A DNA stretch of 64,000 nt, taken from positions 24,956 to 88,955 of IMG/VR virus record IMGVR_UViG_3300028048_000112; one strand, written 5' to 3'. Positions 1 to 6,861 of the stretch are shown here, one piece after another. A program made the position numbers and the translations under genes. The notes under the pieces are model-generated. The model worked only from the letters and a program-made list of their open reading frames with translations, was not told the DNA's origin and made no database searches. This DNA is from a virus. Its lineage: Duplodnaviria; Caudoviricetes. How positions within the stretch are numbered: the stretch's first letter is position 1; every line of letters starts with the position of its first letter.

Positions 1-492
1 GGTGGCGGCGACGGTTGGGGCGATGACTCTGGAGGAATGGACGATTCCGGTGGCGATGATGGCGGCTGGGGTGGAGATGATTCTGGAGGCGGAGACGACT
101 GGGGCGGCGATTCTGAAGACGGTGGAGATGATTCAGGTGGTGATGGCGATGGTGAAAGCAGTGGCATAGATGTCATTGATAACAATAAAGGTTCATCATT
201 GAACCCTTTCACACAGATTAACCATAAAATCTATACCCTTGATACGTTGAATGATCTAAGTTATTCTATCAAAAATTCTCTCGACCTTTATACGGATCGT
301 TATGCTGATTGGTCTGAAGTTATTCAGCTTAAAGATTTGGCCGATATAATTGATGAAGAAAAGCGCTCATTTATGATGCAACAGAATCCGGAGAATGATA
401 TTAAGTTGGGGTTGTATCTTGAGCAATACAAAATTTTAGTTCAAAACATATCACGTCGGATAGAGGGGCTTAAATCTAATAACAAGATTTAA
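1..492 (+). CDS. 3' part of a hypothetical protein with a Gly/Asp/Trp low-complexity linker; ORF is open from the window edge
   Basis: Frame +1 is open from base 1 (GGGDGWGDDSGG...) through track ORF 37..492; lies directly upstream of the capsid gene. Confidence 0.7.
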   Translation, partial: GGGDGWGDDSGGMDDSGGDDGGWGGDDSGGGDDWGGDSEDGGDDSGGDGDGESSGIDVIDNNKGSSLNPFTQINHKIYTLDTLNDLSYSIKNSLDLYTDRYADWSEVIQLKDLADIIDEEKRSFMMQQNPENDIKLGLYLEQYKILVQNISRRIEGLKSNNKI

Positions 493-549
493 GATATGGT
501 TATATGTAATAAGGGATTTATTTCTCTAATTCTCTTACGGAGTTTTTAA

Positions 550-2517
550 ATGTCAAATTCATTTATCAACCACAAACAGATCACAAAAGACGATGCAATT
601 GCCGAATATAAGAGGTACTTGGGAGAATCTAACCAGGGTTACTTCAAAACCATGGAAGCTTATAACAGAGCTCTCGCTCCTCATCTCGGTGAAAACGCTT
701 TTGGATTTGAAGCATGGAAAAAGATTGTTCAACGCGACGATCTTTTCAATATTGCTAAGACTCAGATGAAGAAGATTTTTGCTAACGATGTTACAAAGCA
801 GAAGTCTTTTGAAAGATTGTTTGATAACAGCCGTGAAGTTTCTTATCAGGCAGATATCATTGGCGATTCCCTCTCTCGTGAAGGTTGGGGTGGCGGTAAC
901 GCTGTCTACGCATCTTCTCAGGGCGCTTTCGCTATGGGTGCTACTCCATTCATTATTGGTGGTTGGCTCGCTGCTGCTCGTTCCGAAGAAATCTTCCAGC
1001 ACATCGATAACCAGAACACAATGCGTCTGGAATTCGAGTACAATATCGATTACCTCCAGGTAGGTGACCAGAAGTTCTACTTCCCACAGGCTTTCCGTTC
1101 TGGAGATATCGTTGGTTATAACAAGTTGCCAAAGATTGACTGGACAACTCCTAACACAGCTGCTGATGGTACATACACAGCTCCTGCTGGAGAAGATTGG
1201 TGTGGTGAAGATCAGTTCATCCTCCTTTCTGCCGGTACTGATGGTGTTGCTTCTAAAGCACAGGGTAACTTGCTCGAAGTTTCTGGATACAACATCCATA
1301 AATATGGTATCGAACCAAACTGGCGTTTGAGTGCTGTTAAGTACACGAACGATGGTAAAGACGTTGTGCAGAAATTGCACCTCAACTACTTTATCACAGA
1401 TCGTCCTAACGAACGCTTGATTAAGGCTTCATTCACACTCAAGAATGTTGTTGGTTTTGCTGATCCTATTCCTGTACAGGTCTTTATGAAAGTTAACCTC
1501 GACAACGGTGACTTCGTATTGATGACTGCTGCTGGTAATACTGCTGCTGAAAACGCAGTTATTAAGGGTCTCCAGTTCGATGGTAAGGTTTCTAACATTG
1601 CTAACGAAATGACCAACATTCCTACAATGGGTACTGACAAGTATCAGTTCATCCGTGAATGTGAATACCGCAACTACTCTAAGGTAAGCTTGAACGAGTA
1701 CATGAGTGACAACTTCCGCATCGGAAGCAACAACAATATCACTTATGCTGCTTATGCTACAGACAAGAACCTCCAGTATACACTTTACAACCGTGAATTG
1801 GAAGCTGAAGACTTCTTGATCCATGACGTTCTCGATGATTCTATCGATCCTGAGAGCTTCGAGCTTACTCATAAGCTTGGTTCATTCGTTGTTAACGACC
1901 TTAGCTTCAATGTTTCAAGATTCGCACCTGGCCTGAACATTCAGGATTACAAGGACGGATTAAAGATTTATCTCAACAAGGTACTCGCTACTGCTGAGAC
2001 AAACCTTAACATTCCTGCTTCCGTTAAACGTGAATGGATCTTCTTGGGTTACGATGCTCTTATCACAGAATTCCCTGAAATCAAGTTCCAGACAAATGCT
2101 ACAGCATTGGATCCTGATGGTGAGGGAGCTGCTAAGAACGAAAACTATGGATTCGCAACTGACACTAAGTGTGGTTACATCGATAACCTCGGTCGTCAGG
2201 TACGTCTCCTTTCTAACAACGATATCCGTTGGCAGAGACGTGGTAGTTCCATCTTCGGTACTCTCCGTACTTACAGCATGGAATATCCATTCCTTGTATA
2301 CTACCCACATGCAATTCGTATGTTTACTGCTATTGATGCTGATAATCCTAACCGCACATCAATCTACATTGGTGGTCGCGAGTTCCGTGGTGCATTCGCA
2401 GCTGCAGCAGTACAGCTTGAGTTGAATGGTGTACTTGATTCTACAGGTGTACCAGTTAACAACTTCCAGGCTCAGGTAGCTGATGCAAAGAAGGGTTACG
2501 AAACCACACAGCTCTAA
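550..2517 (+). CDS. Major capsid protein (phiKZ/AR9-like jumbo phage)
   Basis: 655 aa; codon usage typical of high expression; GGAG SD; strong terminator; segments such as GWLAAARSEEIF...MRLEFEYNIDYLQVG and C-terminal RTSIYIGGREF resemble phiKZ-type capsid proteins from memory. Confidence 0.75.
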   Translation: MSNSFINHKQITKDDAIAEYKRYLGESNQGYFKTMEAYNRALAPHLGENAFGFEAWKKIVQRDDLFNIAKTQMKKIFANDVTKQKSFERLFDNSREVSYQADIIGDSLSREGWGGGNAVYASSQGAFAMGATPFIIGGWLAAARSEEIFQHIDNQNTMRLEFEYNIDYLQVGDQKFYFPQAFRSGDIVGYNKLPKIDWTTPNTAADGTYTAPAGEDWCGEDQFILLSAGTDGVASKAQGNLLEVSGYNIHKYGIEPNWRLSAVKYTNDGKDVVQKLHLNYFITDRPNERLIKASFTLKNVVGFADPIPVQVFMKVNLDNGDFVLMTAAGNTAAENAVIKGLQFDGKVSNIANEMTNIPTMGTDKYQFIRECEYRNYSKVSLNEYMSDNFRIGSNNNITYAAYATDKNLQYTLYNRELEAEDFLIHDVLDDSIDPESFELTHKLGSFVVNDLSFNVSRFAPGLNIQDYKDGLKIYLNKVLATAETNLNIPASVKREWIFLGYDALITEFPEIKFQTNATALDPDGEGAAKNENYGFATDTKCGYIDNLGRQVRLLSNNDIRWQRRGSSIFGTLRTYSMEYPFLVYYPHAIRMFTAIDADNPNRTSIYIGGREFRGAFAAAAVQLELNGVLDSTGVPVNNFQAQVADAKKGYETTQL

Positions 2518-2541
2518 TCTAGGTTAGACTGCTAAAAAAAT

Positions 2542-2567
2542 AACTGGGGGCCATTGAGCCCCCAGTT
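2542..2567. terminator. Bidirectional intrinsic terminator
   Basis: AACTGGGGGC-CATTGA-GCCCCCAGTT hairpin, A-tract before and T-rich after, between convergent genes. Confidence 0.85.
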
Positions 2568-2571
2568 CATT

Positions 2572-3438
2572 TTATTTGCCCTTTAGCTGATTGGTGTAGA
2601 ATTTATCCTGAATAGGATCATTATACAGCAATTTCTCAGTTTCTTTATTCAAGTCAATGAACTTAGAAAGATCATTTCTTGTCAATACACCTTTACGGCA
2701 ATACTGTTGAAGAATTGCAACATTCAAAGGTGTTCCCAATTCATTTAAAATTGCTGAAACTTCTTCAGACGTCATAGTCGAATTCTTGTATGCTTCAACG
2801 ATTCGTTTAACTTCATTCAAAGATTCGTTATATTCAAGAATGAAATTTCTTGGAAGTTTCTTGAAACAATCCGTTAATTCACTTTTAGATGTGTTATAAT
2901 AATACATCTTACTATCAGGAATACTAAACAATGTTTGAATGAACCCAAATGTCAAAATCGACAAACTTTGTCCAATTTGATTTAAACCATTTGTACAATT
3001 CTGTGATTTTTCTGCGAGTTCTTTCAAATCGTAGAGATATCCTTCTAATATAGATGGAAATAATTTACCGATAAATGATCTGGTAAATTTCGCCAGGGCA
3101 TTTAATGTATTTTTATTTTTAACGATTTCTCCATCAATCCCAGTTACATTTACACGATTATATTTCAAATCGTAGTAAACCATAAAAGCCAAAACGATTA
3201 TACCATCTACCATAGCGATATATTTAGTAATATTCATTCCTGTCAGATAGCACAATCCTAACACAGCTCCTGAAAGTAAAAGTACTTTCATAATAAATTC
3301 GAATATGATTATTGCATGGATTTTAATCCTAAACTTAGTCATTCCAGCAACCACTTTATTGTGCTCTTTCTGAGCGATTGAAATAGCATCAAGGGTTTTA
3401 TCCCTTACCTTGCTAAACTTTAAAGTAAACTGTTCCAT
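2572..3438 (-). CDS. Hypothetical membrane protein
   Basis: Start revised to MEQFTL (GGAGGT SD, early motif at 3455); two hydrophobic helices near the N-terminus. Confidence 0.75.
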   Translation of the reverse strand: MEQFTLKFSKVRDKTLDAISIAQKEHNKVVAGMTKFRIKIHAIIIFEFIMKVLLLSGAVLGLCYLTGMNITKYIAMVDGIIVLAFMVYYDLKYNRVNVTGIDGEIVKNKNTLNALAKFTRSFIGKLFPSILEGYLYDLKELAEKSQNCTNGLNQIGQSLSILTFGFIQTLFSIPDSKMYYYNTSKSELTDCFKKLPRNFILEYNESLNEVKRIVEAYKNSTMTSEEVSAILNELGTPLNVAILQQYCRKGVLTRNDLSKFIDLNKETEKLLYNDPIQDKFYTNQLKGK

Positions 3439-3454
3439 AATGGACCTCCACTTG

Positions 3455-3466
3455 TATAATATATAA
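3455..3466 (-). promoter_or_regulatory. Early-type phage promoter motif TTATATATTATA
   Basis: Exact copy of 12-mer found 20 times upstream of leftward accessory genes. Confidence 0.7.
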
Positions 3467-3482
3467 GTGTATATGATTTTGG

Positions 3483-3495
3483 ACAAAAGTATATA
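3483..3495 (+). promoter_or_regulatory. Late-type promoter motif ACA-N5-ATATA
   Basis: ACAAAAGTATATA upstream of 3515/3660 ORFs. Confidence 0.55.
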
Positions 3496-3514
3496 ATATT
3501 GATGGAGTTTTGTT

Positions 3515-3655
3515 ATGAATACTAACAAAAATACAAAGAAAACTATAGTTGTTAACCAATTTGAAGCTCAAATGAACGATGCTAAGAAAGGTTGGCAAGT
3601 TAAAGTTATAAAGAAACAGAACGACAACAATAAATCTAATAAAACAGGAGAATGA
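3515..3655 (+). CDS. Small basic hypothetical protein (46 aa, below the ORF-track cutoff)
   Basis: GGAG SD then MNTNKNTKKTIVVNQFEAQMNDAKKGWQVKVIKKQNDNNKSNKTGE*; ends 4 nt before the next gene. Confidence 0.6.
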   Translation: MNTNKNTKKTIVVNQFEAQMNDAKKGWQVKVIKKQNDNNKSNKTGE

Positions 3656-3659
3656 AGTT

Positions 3660-5525
3660 ATGCCTTCATCTATTACAACATCTTATGGAGTCGATCCTTT
3701 CATCGGAGCTGCAAATACTACAGTACCATTTGAAAGAAAACTTCACAATTCATATGATCGACTAACACTTACAATCAACAATATTCTTGAGTTTGCATTA
3801 GGTTTTGCATTTGATGCTAACGTAAATCTTGACAAGCTTTTAAAAGATAGTAATTTCGCAGATCGTTTGGAGAGCATTAAAAGAGATTGTGCGAAGAGAA
3901 AGCCAATGGTAGCAATTGATGCTGCGGTTACTGATGACGGAAGTATAAATCTTTTAAAAACTGTCGATTTGCTTTGTGATATGACAAGTATTACAAGTCC
4001 GTTTGGAATACTCGTTCCTGCATTTAGCGAATCTATTATCAGTTTCAATAACGACAATTTGTCAGCAGATTTTGATGCAAATCCTGATTCTGTTGTGAAA
4101 GTTCAAATAGGAAATTGTAATAACGATTTCCCAATGGACAAATCATCACCATTGCACGCTTTCAATTATATGCAATATGCTTTTAGAGTTGTTCCTTATT
4201 TCGTAGAAGATAGTGGAATATTCAAAAGCTATAATAACCTCAAGAACGTTGATATAAGAAATAAGATAAAATACAATGTTTATTTTGATATAACTCGTTT
4301 GTTACATATGATAATATCTCTATATGATCCATCAAATCTTGAACAAAAGTTTAAGAATAATGGAGAAGATAAAAATAGAGATGCTTATATTAAGACTGGT
4401 ATGAATGTATTCCGTTCTCTTCCAGAACTTATTGTAAGAAACATTATTGCCGAGGTATATACAAATCATGTTTCTGTTCGTTATGGTTGGAAGCATTTCT
4501 TGGCATGTCGTGAGAAAATTTCTGATAAATTCATGAAATCTGATTCTATAAGTATGATTATTAGAAAATCTACACATGATTACATGTCAAATAATCCTAC
4601 ATTTGAATTTGATCCTAACTCAGGAAGTATTCTTGATGTTGGAAATTATGGTAGTTATTACGACAGAACAACAGCTTTTTATAATCCCAACATGAGTTTC
4701 CTATGGAATCTTTCATCTTATATTACTGGAAACGAATTCAATATCGATACTGAAGAAACAAAAATGACAATTTCTTCATTAGAGAATATTCTCTTTGGTA
4801 AAGCATTTTCAAATTACTTTACCACTTCCGCTATATGGTATCTTGAAAACAGAAACCTCGATGGAGGATTGACATTGGCTCATAGAAGTTATTCAAGATC
4901 ATTCTATCAACAGTATGATTCTAATACTCTTCTTGGAGCTACAGAGTGCATTGATAATTATGTACTTAAGGATTTCTATAAAACCATTATTTCCGAGGTC
5001 ACACCATTTAAGATTTCAAAACCATATGTGCGCACGATTAAAGAAACTAAAGAAAATCTCTTTTTCTATTACTGTAAGACAAGAAAAAAGATATGGCTAG
5101 AGTTCGAAATCGCTTTGAGAACTATGATACGTGTAGCAGCATTTGATAGATCAAATCTTTCAAAAGAGGCTAATGTATCTTGTTTGCGTTATCTGACAGA
5201 TATACTAAGAACAATATTCATTTATGATTTTTCTGAAATTTCTTCATATGGATGTCATTTGATAAGTCCTGTACCTCGAAGCTCATCATATTCTGAAGAT
5301 CTAATTACAAATAATGTCACATTAATTGCTAGAATGTTTGATGTTTTGTCTGGGGATGATTCTTTGCTTAGTACAATTTGTCCTGGTAATTTTTCTTCTG
5401 AAGACAAACGAGCATTACCATTTGATACATATATAAGCGTAATGGACTGGCAAGAATTCTCAGACAAATTGCGTGAACTTATAGCATCTTTAAGACGATT
5501 CAATTACATTCCGTCTGATATATAA
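3660..5525 (+). CDS. Hypothetical protein (621 aa)
   Basis: Long ORF with AGGAG SD, followed by a hairpin at about 5564-5598; no motif recognised. Confidence 0.85.
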   Translation: MPSSITTSYGVDPFIGAANTTVPFERKLHNSYDRLTLTINNILEFALGFAFDANVNLDKLLKDSNFADRLESIKRDCAKRKPMVAIDAAVTDDGSINLLKTVDLLCDMTSITSPFGILVPAFSESIISFNNDNLSADFDANPDSVVKVQIGNCNNDFPMDKSSPLHAFNYMQYAFRVVPYFVEDSGIFKSYNNLKNVDIRNKIKYNVYFDITRLLHMIISLYDPSNLEQKFKNNGEDKNRDAYIKTGMNVFRSLPELIVRNIIAEVYTNHVSVRYGWKHFLACREKISDKFMKSDSISMIIRKSTHDYMSNNPTFEFDPNSGSILDVGNYGSYYDRTTAFYNPNMSFLWNLSSYITGNEFNIDTEETKMTISSLENILFGKAFSNYFTTSAIWYLENRNLDGGLTLAHRSYSRSFYQQYDSNTLLGATECIDNYVLKDFYKTIISEVTPFKISKPYVRTIKETKENLFFYYCKTRKKIWLEFEIALRTMIRVAAFDRSNLSKEANVSCLRYLTDILRTIFIYDFSEISSYGCHLISPVPRSSSYSEDLITNNVTLIARMFDVLSGDDSLLSTICPGNFSSEDKRALPFDTYISVMDWQEFSDKLRELIASLRRFNYIPSDI

Positions 5526-5627
5526 GTAAATTATACTTATATATTATCTCTATAACTAACTCGGGCAAAATTGCTGCGTCGCATGTCAATTTGCCCGTTT
5601 TACAAAATCTAATATGGGGGTAAAGGT

Positions 5628-5807
5628 ATGATGTTGAAGCTGATCTATCTAGTATTATCATTATTCAATGACGATAAGTCTAAGAAACCATCTAATCCAG
5701 ATGAACGAAGAATAGTGTTTACAGATTCTGTAGCATCGTGGTCTCGTGAAGATCCGATCATCAGTCGATTCTCTTTTAATCAACTTTACAAAGAGATTGA
5801 GATCTAA
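5628..5807 (+). CDS. Small hypothetical protein (59 aa, not in track)
   Basis: GGGGG/AAAGGT upstream; MMLKLIYLVLSLFNDDKSKKPSNPDERRIVF...EIEI*. Confidence 0.5.
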   Translation: MMLKLIYLVLSLFNDDKSKKPSNPDERRIVFTDSVASWSREDPIISRFSFNQLYKEIEI

Positions 5808-5834
5808 CTTCTGCGATTATACCATTGGACGGTT

Positions 5835-6221
5835 ATGTATTGTGGCGACTTCTCTACCAATTCGGCATACGAACGTATGAAATCCACATCCGATACCAAA
5901 GGTTACAAAACAACTTATTCGAAACAAACGAATTCCGATTCGAAGAGTAATAGTTCCGGATTTAAAGTAATTACAGGTATAGCGACTGTAGGTTTAATAA
6001 CTTACATGATATGGAAGAATATTATAAAACCTGCATCAGATGTTGTATCCAAATTTGCTGGACTATTCGATGAAGAAAACAAAAGTGACAATGTAATGCG
6101 TGAAGATGATAGGATTTTACCTGGCACGTGTAGACCAATTTCTAAGTCTGAACTTCGTGTTATAAATCGAAAATACAGGCCAATTGAGAGAGATGTCAAA
6201 TACGTAATTTACGACGATTAG
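5835..6221 (+). CDS. Hypothetical protein with a single TM helix
   Basis: 128 aa; hydrophobic VITGIATVGLITYMIW; terminator at about 6261-6288. Confidence 0.7.
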   Translation: MYCGDFSTNSAYERMKSTSDTKGYKTTYSKQTNSDSKSNSSGFKVITGIATVGLITYMIWKNIIKPASDVVSKFAGLFDEENKSDNVMREDDRILPGTCRPISKSELRVINRKYRPIERDVKYVIYDD

Positions 6222-6308
6222 GTGTGATCTCGGAAGTTGAGTTTAACATTGTGTTCTTAGAAAAGACTTTGAATTTATTCGAAGTCTTTTTTTTTCATAA
6301 AAAAAAAA

Positions 6309-6338
6309 TAGGAAGATGGGAGGTATCCCATCTTCCTA
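6309..6338. terminator. Intrinsic terminator hairpin
   Basis: TAGGAAGATGGG-AGGTAT-CCCATCTTCCTA with an 11-nt A-tract on its left. Confidence 0.8.
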
Positions 6339-6342
6339 ATCT

Positions 6343-6394
6343 AAAAAAGAAACTCCCCTACTCACACCCACCTTTCGGCAGGTGCTTTCGGAGA
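6343..6394 (-). repeat. Structured 3' element family 1 (GAAA/GAGUA internal loop plus U-tract), copy A
   Basis: Minus strand: TCTCC-GAAAG-CACCTGCC-GAAA-GGTGGGTG-TGAGTA-GGGGA-GTTTCTTTTTT. Confidence 0.8.
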
Positions 6395-6401
6395 GGCCAG
6401 A

Positions 6402-6695
6402 TTACATTTCCCTAGTTACCTTAAGGAATTTGAATTCGCAATCTGGCGGCAGGGTTGTAGCACCTTCTGGCAGGCGGCCTTTTCTTAGCTGGGCCACGTA
6501 CAGAATTTCTCCAGGTTCTATTTTTACATTGATACGATTGGGCTCATAACCGAACACATGAGCCGTGTCGGCATGTCCAATTGCGGACTCCAATCCTTTT
6601 GGAAATTCTGCAACCTCTTCGATCAAAACGCGAGCAGGAAACTGATCAATCATCTGAAGGCTGAATGCATTGCAAATATAAACTTTCTTTTCCAT
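6402..6695 (-). CDS. acrIII-1: AcrIII-1 family (DUF1874 / STIV B116-like) cA4 ring nuclease, anti-type III CRISPR
   Basis: VYICNAFSLQM, SAIGHADTA (catalytic GH), NRINV, and LYVAQ...RLPEG align with SIRV1 gp29 motifs (VYLANAFSINM / SIGHDST / NRVEI / LYVVQ..RLEEG); AAGGAG SD; early promoter. Confidence 0.88.
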   Translation of the reverse strand: MEKKVYICNAFSLQMIDQFPARVLIEEVAEFPKGLESAIGHADTAHVFGYEPNRINVKIEPGEILYVAQLRKGRLPEGATTLPPDCEFKFLKVTREM

Positions 6696-6788
6696 AATAA
6701 TACTCCTTGGCTACTTTATCCAATGTGGGCCTCGTAACCTGAGGGGTGTATGGTTTTCTCTCCATACCACTTTACTATCTACTATTAT

Positions 6789-6800
6789 TATAATATATAA
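6789..6800 (-). promoter_or_regulatory. Early-type promoter, island head (followed on + by G-rich spacer and TTGAACAGAAA at 6814)
   Basis: Exact TTATATATTATA. Confidence 0.75.
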
Positions 6801-6861
6801 GTGAAAAGGGTGGTTGAACAGAAAATATAAACAGGGCCTTGTGACCCTGTTTATTAATACT

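Noticed and set aside
3660-5525. Chimallin (nuclear shell protein), suggested by its size
   Set aside because: No recognisable sequence similarity, and it sits behind a late-type motif away from RNAP genes; size alone is not evidence.
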